DNA of 64,000 bases, taken from NCBI RefSeq assembly GCF_964204865.1, contig NC_135252.1, positions 4,464,001 through 4,528,000 on the forward strand, read 5' to 3'. The translations under genes were made by a program, and so were the position numbers. Below the pieces are notes generated by a model that searched no databases, was not told where the DNA came from, and was given only the letters and a program-made list of their open reading frames with translations. Positions 49,148-62,211 of this stretch are shown piece by piece. Within the stretch, counting starts at the first letter, position 1. Each line of letters starts with the position of its first letter. This stretch comes from Styela clava (Eukaryota).

Positions 49148-50464
49148 ATGAAACACTCTATTGCAATGGTTTGTGATTTTTTCTATCCTAATGTGGGAGG
49201 AGTGGAAAGTCATATATATCAACTGTCGCAATGCCTTATTGCAAGAGGACATAAAGTAATTATTATCACTCATTCTTATGGCAATAGAAAGGGAATACGT
49301 TACTTCACAAATTATCTTAAAGTTTATTATCTTCCATTTGTGGTCATGTATAACCAATGTATTTTACCTACATATTTTGCAACTATTCCCTTGATTCGAA
49401 GTGTTTTGTTACACGAGAGAATAACCATTTTACATGGACACTCTGCTTTTTCTGCATTAGCTATCGAAGCTATTCACCATGCACAAACATTGAGAATTAG
49501 GACTGTGTTCACAGATCACTCCCTCTTCGGTTTTGCTGATGGATCCTCCATTATCACAAATAAACTTTTAGAAATAACACTGACATACACAAATCATGTA
49601 ATATGCGTCTCTCACACAAGCAAAGAAAATACTGTGTTACGTGCCGATATTGAGCCAAAAAAAGTATATGTTATTCCAAATGCTGTTGATGCAACAAAAT
49701 TTACTCCAGCAACTGAGAATCAAGTCAAAGACAGGATAAGGATTGTGGTCATAAGTCGACTCGTGTATAGAAAAGGAATGGACCTCCTTGCCTCATTAAT
49801 ACCAATATTATGTTCTCGGCACAAAGATATTGATTTTGTAATTGGTGGCGATGGTCCCAAGCGTCTTCTTCTTGAGGAAACGAGAGAAAAATTCCAGCTG
49901 CATGAAAGATTAAAGTTTTTAGGTGCTGTTCCTCATACAGATGTGAGAGATGTGCTGACAACAGGGCATATTTTTCTAAACACATCCTTAACTGAAGCAT
50001 TTTGTATAGCAATAATAGAAGCTGCATGTTGTGGATTGCAGGTTGTGAGCACGAAAGTTGGAGGAGTACCAGAAGTACTTCCTCACGATATGATAATTTT
50101 GAGAGAACCATCAGTATCTCATCTTATAGATGGTTTAGAAGTCGCAATTTTAAAACATCGAGAAGGAACTGAAATGGATCCTTATGAAATGTATAATCGA
50201 ACATCGGTTTTATATACATGGCCCAAAGTTGCTGAAAGAACAGAAAAGGTTTATGATTCAATGGCAGAACAACCCTTACTTCCTCATCATGAACGATTAT
50301 TACTGTTTAAAAAATGTGGTCCTGTCGTAGGAAGATGTTTTGTTGTAGTAGGATATGTTTCACTACTCATTTGTTGGCTTTTGGAATGGATGTTTCCTAT
50401 CAATATAAAAACGACCCGAAACGTCTCAGATAATTTAAATAAAAAGTCATCAATGATGAATTAG
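49148..50464 (+). CDS. PIGA: Phosphatidylinositol N-acetylglucosaminyltransferase subunit A, intronless
   Basis: [25 protein letters not shown]; [12 protein letters not shown]; GT4 EX7E motif [15 protein letters not shown]; C-terminal TM segment. Confidence 0.97.
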   Translation: MKHSIAMVCDFFYPNVGGVESHIYQLSQCLIARGHKVIIITHSYGNRKGIRYFTNYLKVYYLPFVVMYNQCILPTYFATIPLIRSVLLHERITILHGHSAFSALAIEAIHHAQTLRIRTVFTDHSLFGFADGSSIITNKLLEITLTYTNHVICVSHTSKENTVLRADIEPKKVYVIPNAVDATKFTPATENQVKDRIRIVVISRLVYRKGMDLLASLIPILCSRHKDIDFVIGGDGPKRLLLEETREKFQLHERLKFLGAVPHTDVRDVLTTGHIFLNTSLTEAFCIAIIEAACCGLQVVSTKVGGVPEVLPHDMIILREPSVSHLIDGLEVAILKHREGTEMDPYEMYNRTSVLYTWPKVAERTEKVYDSMAEQPLLPHHERLLLFKKCGPVVGRCFVVVGYVSLLICWLLEWMFPINIKTTRNVSDNLNKKSSMMN

Positions 50465-50865
50465 TTTATATATCTGTTGTGATTTTGTTTTCCAAATTTT
50501 AATGTTTTTATTTATTTTTCTAAATTAAAAATCTCTTATTTTGACATCACAGTATGCTTTTGTGAATAGTTAAAGTTGCTCTCGCTTGATTTAATGATTC
50601 ATTATATTCACTTTATAAGCAGTTCCTAATTGACTTTAAAATGGCAAGTCTGTATAAACTTGAAAATGGCAGCTGGTCCGATTTAACATATAGAGCAATG
50701 TGCATCATTATTAGGGACTGGATGTTTTTTGTTTTGTCAGTTTAATCCATACTTATCTTCTTGTGGCAAACTTCTTTGAATTGACCGGAACAGAATTGAA
50801 TATCAATGTCAACAATGAGGTTTGGTTTCTGTATCAGGAGGTTTTCATCCAAAGTATTAGTAAAT

Positions 50866-51051
50866 TGGGCACTCCAGAAGTGTGTGTACCAATATGGAGA
50901 TAACTGATTTTGTTCGCCTACTTTACATCAAGTTGTGTAAATGGACTTGGCTAACGCAGACAGTCCCGAACTCGTAATAGGACTAAAATGAGGAAAATCG
51001 GGATAAAATTATGGCCTAACCCTAACCTGGTACACACACTATGGCAGTACT
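50866..51051 (-). mobile_element. GGGTTAGG-containing MITE, copy 3
   Basis: GGGCACTCCAGAAGTGTGTGTACCAATATGGAG ... CCTAACCCTAACCTGGTACACACACTATGGCAGTAC is the reverse complement of copies 1 and 2. Confidence 0.85.
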
Positions 51052-53280
51052 GTAAATTGTTAGTCCCCTGAGAAGCAGCATCATTGATATATAATGGTTG
51101 AGCTGTATAATTTGTCAATTCATTCCCCTGCTTGATAATTTTATTGAAAACATGAACTTGCATTGCTTCACATCCCAGCCTTACTCTATATCTATTACTA
51201 CCAAGATTGGTTGAATTTTGAAAATACAACATTTATTTGAATATGTCTACATAACAATTATCAGCAATATTTGACCTGTGCGTCGTTGACACTGAGTTTA
51301 ATATTCAAATATACCTGTTCTTACACACTTATTGACTATTCATTCCGCATGCATGAAAATATATCGTGATCTCAAACAACTACACCACAGTAACCTATCT
51401 CAATTTGTTCTTTTTCATCTTTTACAACATAGAAATGGAACAAAAAAACAAAGTAAAAACATGCAATTGCACAAATCGTCTGCACAGCGAATAAGTATGT
51501 ACCTTTCAAATTCAGTACTAGTATATGGTTATACCACATCGGATACTAAAAGTGCCAATAATTTCTGTTAACAAATAAGTACGAACACATCCAATCAACC
51601 AAAAATACATTTACGAATATAAAAACATTTACATTTGTTCAGGCTGTGAGAATAAAACAAACTATTTGATAAACACAAAACTCAATGTTCAAGATGTCAA
51701 GACCATTCTCGGCCATCCTGAAATTTTGATGAGTGAAGCTATAAACTTTTGGAATAATTAATCAGATTCAGAAGGCCTTTCTCATTTACTGTCAGAAGGC
51801 TCTTGCGTGTTGAGGGTTGTGGTTTATTGTCTTTCTCATGCTGTAGTTCACAGTTTCATTATTTTTGAATGATGTTCACCCCTTCGAGCATATACACAAT
51901 GATGCCATCTACAAATAATGTTTGTCTCTGACAGTATTATGATTTTATCAGTAAAATTGTTCAAAGATATACACTATGACCATGGTGTTATGGAAAGTTG
52001 GGATCAACAACAAATATTCTATATGAGAATCCTCACATTAAATCAACATTGATCAGACATTAATATCACATGAATGGACCTGGCACTTAATATAAACAAA
52101 ATATAAAAATTATGTACAAGTAGGTAAGCAACATTGAAGTAAATATTTTAAATATGTATTCTCAAGGTAGGATTAACAGCAAGACACAAATTAGTTTGAT
52201 GAAGTGTCTGGCCTTGTTAAAATGATTTTGGCTAATCAGATTAAAATAGCCTAATTCACAGTTTTATCTAAAACAACATGAGTTTTCATGGTAAATTTGA
52301 GAAATAAAAAAGAAACCATATGAGGTGAAGAATAGGGGTTTTCCAAGGCTGGTAAAGGTACCAAAATGAACTTGGTATCTGAAGAAGGTTAACCCATTTC
52401 CATATGTGAGAATATACCCAGATATGGACTAGTAAGAGAATTTTTTTTATTCTAATATGATCAAGCCATCTTATCAGCTTCCCCAGGATGAATAGGAATA
52501 TTCTATCCTAGAATACCATGCTTTATAAAAATAACACACAAAAATATAAATAAAACATTTAACTAACAAAATTCGTTTCAAACTGACACAAAGAAAGGTA
52601 AGAAAGCATGTGCATAAAATACTTTGATCTCGGTATTCATGGTACATAAAGAATCATAAGATGAGGAGAGATTCTTTTGAGTCGAAATATCCAAAGGTGA
52701 ATGTATGTCTTTTATTAAAATCTACCCTATCTGGTATGCAAGCGCTTGCTGGAAGAATGTCACACATCCCGGCTATGAGCTGAATCGATTCATTGGATGT
52801 ATGAATATACTTGATATATGTAGAACCAGAACCAGTTGGCTCAGAAAGATAAATAATCTCATAATTTGTTGTCATGAAAGATTCTCACTTCAGCTTTTGT
52901 TATAGCGAAAGGTAGAATTAAGATATGCACAAAAATGAATACATTTTGAATAATACAAAAGACTGACACTTTGAACAAATTAAAAAAAAAACACAATTTG
53001 TTAATTTTTTTTATCCCGTGTGCCATACAAAACAAACCCGTAGAATAACATTGAAAAAACTAACAGAATTGAAGAAAAACTTAAACATTGATAATCTCTC
53101 AAAAAATTGTGCCTTGAAGAATTTAGTCCTGAGTTGATATCCATCATCATCCATAGTATGTAATGTAAAAATACATGTTCCAATATATCAATAAACAAAA
53201 TTTTTCGCCAAATGATATGATCCCTACAAATGGTATACTTGTGATACTTTGATGCAACATGGTTATTTTTGAATTCCCCG

Positions 53281-56200
53281 TCAAACTTCCTCCATTTCCA
53301 TTGTAGATGCCGAAGGCTGATTATCGTCTGGAGGAGACTCTTTTCTCGGATGTTTTTCTTTAACTGAGCCACCAGAGGATCCCAATTTTTCTTCATCTAT
53401 ATCATACAAATATATAGTCTTTTTTTAATAGTTTGTAAAATATGGAGTTTATAACATTGCACATGGAAATTTATTTGAGTTTGGATGGAATTCAAGTAAA
53501 ATGTTAAAGCTGATGAGAATTTAAGGATTGGTGCATTGTTCTAAATGTTAGGAAATATAAATGAGGATTTCTCGTCCTCATGAGATAGTTTAAATCAACG
53601 TGTTCAGTTACGTGTTCTTCTGTCATCAATGCCCATAAATCTCTATTGATTTATTGGTGAACCTGAACCCTAATCTGATCTGGACTGGTAACAAGGCTAG
53701 AGGCTTGTAGTTCACCATACAATTAGGCATATGTTGATTTCTTCCTCGCAATAAATATGAAAAAACACAAATTATACAAAATATAATAAACAATGTTAGA
53801 ATACTGAGAATAGCTATATCTCTTAATTCACTTTGCAAATTAGCTATTTCAAATGCCACACAAGACAGTTAGGACCATGTAATATAAATTGTATTTGCAG
53901 TTTAGTGGATAAATACCTCTATCATACAACAACTTGAGTTCTAAATATTTCTGTCTCTCCATTTGTTGACTGAGATCTCTTGGTACATCTGGTATGATCA
54001 AATCAATCAGAAGCTTGAGACCAAAAACAGCATGCTGCATGGGTAAAAGGAAACTGTTAACAATTTCTAATTGGAACTAGTGTGACTTTACACATAGAGT
54101 TGCGAACCAAGTATGAATGCAGGTTTAAAACTCTTCAAATCTGATTGAAGTACTAAAGTTGAATTCCCGGTTCCAAAGTTTGTTAATTTCGAGACAACAA
54201 AAATATTTTGGTGAAGGTGATTTTCAAAATATAGTCGATGCTGATTTCAAACATGTGTTCCATAAAATTCTGAAAACGGGTGATAATGAAATTCCACATC
54301 TTTCAACTCATTTTGTAGGGCGAAAAGTAGGGCAGATCAACGAACAAAATTGAATGAAAAAGCACTACAATATATCACCTCAAACACCACTAGAAGAGTG
54401 ATTTTTCCTGCAAATACATGCCAGAATGAAACTATTGGTTGTGTTGGAAGAGATGGATCTGATGCCCTGAACCTGAAATAAAAAGAGAGATGCAAAGATA
54501 ATATCATTTCCCTGATCTCTATAAAGGTACAAAATAAATTAAAAAACCCAAGACAATCAGAAAGAAAAATTCAGGAAAACTGAAAGAATTTCAAATGTGG
54601 TTCAAAACATCTGACATAAAAGTTGAGAAAAAGAAGGTGTGGCATAGAATGAAAGTAAAAAACAAGACATTTCCCATTCTTTTGACAATACACGATCAGT
54701 AAAAAACATGATGGTAACAACACGATGATAATAAATTAAAATAAGCATGGATTCCTTTGATGTTATAAAGTTAACAATCACTGTCCACCATATGTTTTGG
54801 TGAGTCAGCACATAAAATATAACAATAATCTTACCAACACTTGTCAGGAATTCCTGGAAGTGAAGTGTTATAAGGTGGATGATTACCACGATCTATTTCT
54901 GAAACTGCTATATCCATCAATGTTGCATTCACATAACCAGTCATGCAACTGAGAAAAATTGATAGAGTGTTAAGCATTGTTATGATAATTTGGTTCCAAT
55001 AAGCATTTACAAATCATTCATCGACTACATTTTGCTAGGGGCCTTAATGTGCCTTAGGACATATCAAAGATATTTTTTATGGATTGAGAAGAATCAATCG
55101 AAATACTTGTGCTGCTATAACAATGCTGATAACCATGTGCATAAGACACTGGTTTGAAGCTTGTGGAAGTAGTCATACGACTGACTTTGGCTTCCTAAAC
55201 CAATTGAGCTTATCCATTGATACAATTTCAGATCACTAACTAATCTCGTACACATTCCGGACAGCTGGCAATGTGAAGCATTGTGCTGAGCATTAGAATT
55301 ATGCTCACCAGCGCACCTCTGATCACCCAGTGTGGGTTTGCAGGTTTGAATCTTGTGGGGGATAAATATGTGCAAGAAGATTGCTGGACTACTCACGCTT
55401 TAGGGTGGTTCACGTAAACCAGTGTTCGGTTACGACTTCCTCCACCACCAAGGCCATGCATTTGACAGAAATAATTAGATAACTAGTTCTATACCCGACA
55501 TGGAATGGGGACGAGAGGCCTTGGCTCGCCATATGATCAAGCCCATGATTAAACCAATTGTCGGCTTTTCTTTTACCCAGCATAAATATGCAAATCCTAT
55601 TCTTGAAAGCATCAATCTTCTTCTTTTCTTGAGCAATGCATAACATCCTCATCTATAACTAGATATGTTTTGTTCGGTGGAAAATGAAAATAAACAAATA
55701 TATTTACTTACTACATATTTGAAATGTCTTCCACTCCAATGCAAGGACTGTATAAAAATCTATAAACCAGGCGTGGAACAAATTCTGATGTCAGAGCTAC
55801 TACTAAACCATTTGTTATAACAGCAAGTGTACTGAGCCCTTTCAAAATTGGAAACCACATACCTAAAACAAATTGTATAAGATAATAAAAATATTACTGT
55901 AAGATTGTTAAGTATAGAAAAATGAAATGTTCAATAGATCCAACAGCTGAAGAAATTTTAAATTATTCATAGGCTGTTCGCAAACCATTTTTCCAACAAA
56001 GCTCTATATAAACTACCACTTAATTGAGTAGATACTAACACTCAAGATTTGATTTATTTCAAATAGCCTACTGAGTTTTTGATATATGGTGATACACTTT
56101 TTACTTGATATCTAAATTCCTGAAATGGTTAGATCAGAATGCAATACGCTGTCACTCAATTCTAGAGAATCAATTTTTCGAGGTGTAACAAATTGGGCAA

Positions 56201-59200
56201 TCTATGTAAAAAAAAGGACATTCCAAACCTCCATGGGTAACTATGAGCTGCTGCTTATACCAAGACTTGTTCAGTACGAAGGAATTAAAATATGCTTAAA
56301 ACACTGAAAATCTGTCATCATCAAATTGAATTGTTTGATAAAGTATTGTGAACTCACCAATATTTTCACATCTTCTGGCAGGAAGTCTCCGGATTTGTGT
56401 GGTAAACTTATAAGCATCCAATCTTATTTCAATAACATTGTTGAGAAGAGCAAATAACGGAGCCAGAGGAAAAGATGCAACAAATAAAGTCACAAATCCA
56501 AATTGAATGACTGAAAACAGTTCGAAAATATATGTTGAGACTCAGTTAGAATAATATTTAAAATTATGAATACTCAGAATGCAATTTAGTACGGTGTTAA
56601 GGCTTCAAAATCTGGATTCCAACAAATTTAACTGTAACGATAAGAATAAAGTTTAAAACAATCCTAATGAAAATCAAATTGAAAAAGGAAATTATTAGTA
56701 CTTTCTTTGTAAAAAATGCATTATAGTACTAGAGCCCGACCGATATATCGGGCCGATATTGCGTGTTAGCCGATATATCATATCGGCCGTGAACCGACGA
56801 TATATCTCGGCCGTACTCGGCAAGCACCGTGCTGCGTGCTGCAACGGCTCTCATCCCTGCGTAACTGGTTTCCCAAAATTTCTCTCGCTTTCATTTTGCG
56901 TTAAAAAGGTGTCTCTCCTATTTCCCGGCGTCTCATAATTAGCCTTTTCATGCATGATCATAACTGAAAAGTTATTATCCGGAGTAACAGTGACGTTTTA
57001 TAAAGTGACGTTTTTGAGAGAGTGCACAATAAGAAAAAGGCAAATTCAATATCAACAATAATCGGTGGTTTTATAAATATAATCGATATGAAGCTGGTGA
57101 GTTAGTAATCACAGAAACAGGGTACAAGTAGCTCAAAGCAATAATGTCAGTTCCGCATTTATGACCTAACAGTTTTATCTATATTGGTGGTTGTTTATCA
57201 TTTTGCTGAGAATTACAAAAAAAAAAAATAATCCATTATTATTAAATAAATAAGGGAATTTATCATTATCACGATTCACTTTCAAATATATCAATTTATA
57301 TTTTCCAATACCCTTAACATATGCACATAGTTATATTTAAAAACGTCAGATTAACAATTCTTGATATTGAAGTAGCAGGAAAAGTTACAGAATAACATTT
57401 GTTCAAGCATTAACTGGAGTTGGTTATATTTTACTGCAATGATAATAAATATAAAAATGAAACTACAGACTCATGAGGTACATCATAAAAGCCCATTTTG
57501 TGGCTCAAAATATGATTTATATTAATATCGGCATAGTTGGCCAATATATCGATATCGATATCGGCGTCAAAAAGTGATATCGGTCGAGCTCTAATTAGTA
57601 ACGGTAATAATTTACTTGCACATTGAATTTGAACATACCCATTTCTAAATACTCAGAAAACAAATATCTTCGGCCTGGATCTTCTAGTAGAAAATCTCTG
57701 TATAATGCAGATTCATGAAGATCTTTATATAAGTCCACTTTATCTTTTTCTTCTGTAATATATATATGATAAATATATGATTTCTTATTTAACAATTCAG
57801 TGATATGCTTGTTACTTTTCATTTATGGATATTAAAAATAAAGGCACAAATATAATATTGTGAACTATAGGAGCTAACAAATTAATTTATAAAGCATACC
57901 CTTCCTGAAGAAAGAACGTTTTGCCCACCAGTTCTTCACAAGTCTGAAAATAAAATGTCATCAATCATGAAATCAAAACTTCAATATCTACTTTACAAAT
58001 ATTTCAGACAATTTAATTTTATGCAAAATGCAAATACGAAGTTTGTAAATTCGATAAATGAACTGGAATGTAAATTCACTACATAAACTTAAAATGATGG
58101 CGCGGCGGTGTGGCTCAACGAGCTGAACGTTAGGAATACGCTCGCCAACGCGCTTCTAATTACTCTGCGTGGGTTCGCAGGTTCGAATCCCATGCGGGAA
58201 TGGTTATGTGCGAGAGGATTGCTGGACTCCTCGCCGTCGTTGGGTGGTTCACGTAACCGCTGGTCGGTTACGGCTTCCTCCACCACCAAGTCCATGCTTC
58301 CGAAAACAAACAATATAACTAATCCCATACCCGACTTGGAATGGTAACCGGACGAGAGGCCGTGGTTCGCCATATGAATAAGCCGTCTTATCGCCTTTCC
58401 TCTCCCCCGGGATAAATATGTAAATCCTATCCTATCCTATGATAAATAGATCAATTAATATGAAAGTATTACAATGACAAGCAATTGACAATTACACATA
58501 ACAAATCAATAAACTGTATCGTATACCTAAGAATCTAATATTTTCCACTTTCAAACAGTATAAGATTATTTTCCTCTCTATTACCAGCATAATAGACGAT
58601 AAAATAAGTGATAAAAACAAAATAAATAAAACTGATTGCAGAATCGGGATACCAAATAAAACCTTGAGAAAAGTTTAAAACATACTTAGATTGAAAGGTG
58701 TTGTCAAAAGAAGTGGTAAGTGTTTGCTCACTCAAAAGTATCAAATTAATTGAAGCACACACGCACACATGATCACAGAGACATAATAAAATTAGAAGAT
58801 AAACACTGAGAAATTTATTTATAATCAGTTCATGTCAGTGATAATTGAATTAAGTTCAATGATATCAAGAGAAGGGTTTCTGGAACTGGGCCTTCAGACC
58901 GCAAAGAAGTGTTCCCCTGGGGGCCACCAGAGAAGGCCATCAATATTTGTCATTCGAGACCACCACATTCATTTAAATTTAATTGACATTGATTTGGTTA
59001 ATTCTTTGACCCTAATGCACTATTACTTTTGTTGTTTGTTGGCTTTTTATTGCTTAAACGTACATGGTGCATAAAAAGACTGATGGAGACTAAGTATTTT
59101 ATAGAAGAGCAGGGTACCTCAAGCATTGAGAGTTATTGGAAGGAGTGCCATAGATCATGTACTTTAAGAACCACTAATCTAAAGTATCCACGCATCTAGT

Positions 59201-60041
59201 AACACATTTTTTCACCAGATCTCCTCAAACATGTTTTATAGTGTCATGTGAAATAATATGCAGTGTACTATCCCCAATTGACTATGCAGATGCATTTATG
59301 TGAGGTTTTGTTTGCTCTCCTGATTCTATAATCACTTTTTATTTCTTTGTTTTCATAATTTTTTTAATTTATTATCTGTTATGCTGATTATAGAGTCAAA
59401 ATAAATTTATATTTATCCTCATTTATGAGTTCAACAACAAAAAACTTGGGCAAAACAACAGGATAGATATTGAATAGCAACATGATATTTTAGTACTTAC
59501 GGCAAGATAATTTCTTTTGTATTGTTGAAGGCTTGTTTCAATACCATGATGATACCAAGCTGAATGCAGAGTTCAATCAAACAACCACTAGGATCACACT
59601 GGTAAAAAACAAAAAAGTTTGTTTTCAAAAGTTTTCATCAATCTGCTGAAACTGTTATTCATTTAGTCAAAAACGAGCAATTAAGAGGTTTTTTATGGCA
59701 AGAGTACAAACTCCACAACCATGGCTTTTCCCAGGATTTAATAAATTTGATAGACTATACCATATTAGAAGCGGAAAACCACAAATCCTTATTATGGATA
59801 TTTATATCTTAAATTGTTGTTATTCATTTGATAAAAACATCATTTCTACAATCTTCTTCAAAATTTAAACTTACCTCTTCTGATCTATAACCAAGTAGTC
59901 TCCGGTAGTCATATGGAGTTCCATTGAATTTACCTTTGAAAAATGCAATATAAACAATTGATGAATAATAGTTGACTGCTTGAAAAAGAAACATCTTCAG
60001 AGTGAAAGAATCTTCAAAATCTGTAGCTGTTCTTGGAGCCT
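53281..60041 (-). CDS. Anoctamin/TMEM16 family protein, 3' half (TM5-TM10); 5' exons not found in the window
   Basis: Exons encode [109 protein letters not shown] and IPDVP. The Ca2+-site Asn/acidic residues of TM6-TM8 are intact. Last exon inferred at 53397-53281. Confidence 0.93.
55262..55602 (+). mobile_element. tRNA-SINE, older diverged full-length copy
   Basis: Colinear with 58099-58440 (GATTGCTGGACT, GGTGGTTCACGTAA, CTTCCTCCACCACCAAG, GACGAGAGGCC, AAATCCTAT). Confidence 0.85.
56730..57593. mobile_element. hAT-like MITE, 864 bp, in an anoctamin intron
   Basis: TIRs TAGAGCCCGACCGATA / TATCGGTCGAGCTCTA; many CCGATA/TATCGG subterminal repeats; TSD degenerate. Confidence 0.85.
58099..58440 (+). 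mobile_element. tRNA-derived SINE, best-preserved copy
   Basis: A box TGGCTCAACGAG, B box GGTTCGAATCC (~58180), (ATCCT)3 tail, possible short ATGAT TSD. Confidence 0.9.
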
Positions 60042-62211
60042 CTGAAAAAAAAATGTAGTTGAAAAAATAAAAAATAAAAGAGTGAAATTTATTCTGATAA
60101 ATGTTTGTTTCTGTATTATGATTCTGTTGTGAACTGTATAAAATTCCTGATATATTTATGTTGATGCCAGTATATTCACCAATCATAATAATAGCTAAAT
60201 TGTGAAGCCAACAAGCTTGTTTAATAACATAAATACAGCATTATTTGATTTTTTAGCTAATAAAAACACAGCTGTTCAAAGTGAACTGTGTTCCGATGTC
60301 ATTCTCAAGCAAAATAATTGAGAATTATTAATAAAGAATATTGCAAGATAAGGTAAAGGAAGTCAATGTCATATTTATCATGTACAAATATTATATACTT
60401 TTCCCAATGCAAATGTTAACAATAGAGATTTTAAAATTCCACTCGACTATGAGAAAGGATTCATAAACAGTTGTCATTTAGTTATTCTATTGAAAAAATC
60501 ATATTGATTTTGATCACATGGGACTAAGGCAAAAGCAAGTGACTTCATTGAGAAACTTAATCCCAGGCCACATGAATTAAGTTCAAATTGGCATGGAGAA
60601 TATTTCATAGCAAAAATATAGGTAACTGGTTGTCGTAAGAGTATAGATTTATAAAGAGAGAAAATATGAGTGAAAAGAGAGTAGGAGAATGCTCCTATTA
60701 GAATACCATTTTCGATTTCACTCGAATAGTAATACTTTAGTCTCTATTTTATTTTGATATGATAGTCTGAAACATGTTGATTTTCTATTAGCAGAAAAAT
60801 TAATTTTTCAAATGTAAGGCCTATTTAGAAATATTGAAAACTTAGATGGAATCATTATCAATTTTGCTATTGAAAACTTGACTAATATGCTCAAAAGATG
60901 CACCAAAGATACATTTAGTACAAATGAGTGAAAAAGTGAGAATTTATTTTCATGCGTAAGTCTACTAAAACTAAACCCACTACACAATAGATAATGTTTA
61001 TGTAGTGAAAACCTTTGACAATATGAAGGTGATTCTATTTGAAAAGATAGACAGACGTACATTGTAACATGACACTAGTGAAAACATACAGAAATCAATG
61101 GATTGTTGTCATCAAGACAAAGTTGAATACACTTTCCAGAAACCAATATACCTATCAATCATCAGATTGAACGAAATGATTGATGAAGTATAGTTATCCG
61201 AGAGTGGGTCGTGCTTGGAATATTCCGGAGAATAGTTGTACTTAAAGGTGATTTAAGTGGAATATGACATAGATTCCAACTCAATTGGTAAAATCAAAAA
61301 TAAAATTTCTTGAAGAAAATTACTATTTAAAACGATATTAAACTGTTTAATTGATAATAACATTTATATTTGAAATTATTATTTGCTTGTTGCAATATGA
61401 AATGATCCAAAACATTTATAATGGGGTTGATCTAAAGAAAAATTGACAATATCAAACGACATGAGTGCTGCTAGATTCCCATAATTTCATTTAAGCTATG
61501 ATTTATTAAATGAACTCTAGTAACATTTGACACAATCAAACACTCGAAAACAAGTTTTCTGATAACATAATGATTGACGCAAAACAAATTTTAGAATGAG
61601 AGAGACTGACAATGATATATTTGTAGAACAATGGGCGATGATGTAAATAAATTCTATATAAAGAAGTCAAACAATTACAAAGATATCTTGTTTCCCAAAT
61701 GAAAAACATATGTAGGAATGAAGAACTACTGGAACTCATTCTAGCATTAGTATAGAGAGCGTGCAAGGTGGTTTTTGTAGACAAGATGTTATTATGAGTT
61801 ACATGAGATAATATACAATTTATTATTTTTAAAAATCTGTTTTGGATATATTTCCTTCCTAGGTTTGCCAAAAATGTATTACAATATTTAGTATGACCAC
61901 TTCTCTCAGTGGAATAAATCAAAGCAACATCAAATAAGTAGTTTGTCAACAATTTCCAAGTCTCGTTTTTGTGAACCGACTGGTCTAAATTCACAATATA
62001 TGTCTTACTTATATGTCACTATTTTAATCATTCAGGCACTTAATATTGCCGATGTGAATTGATCACTAAAGTTTCAAATTTTGGTAGAATATTATTCAGT
62101 TATAACTTTTGTCAAATGAACAACTGTTTATCAAGACAGTAAAAGTAAGGTCTTAATTTTAATAAATATTACTCCAACATAAGAGACGAGACATTCTTGC
62201 GAAAGAGCAAA

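Noticed and set aside
51860-53645. Alternative terminal exons of the anoctamin (candidate acceptors near 53640, 52892 and 51909) and ORF 52654-52875
   Set aside because: Short, unrecognisable peptides with weak acceptors; not supportable without transcript data.
58225-58280. HDV-like ribozyme in the SINE (GAC-TCCTCGCC-GTC as P3/L3, then 7 nt, GG and a P4-like hairpin)
   Set aside because: There is no C-N-A-A J4/2 segment and no P2 partner after the hairpin, and the P3 pairing is not kept in the 1596 and 55262 copies.
61032-61046. ATTCTATTTGAAAAG resembling the Ciona spliced leader
   Set aside because: It is one base short of the remembered leader, with no following GT donor or Sm site. This is likely chance in AT-rich DNA.
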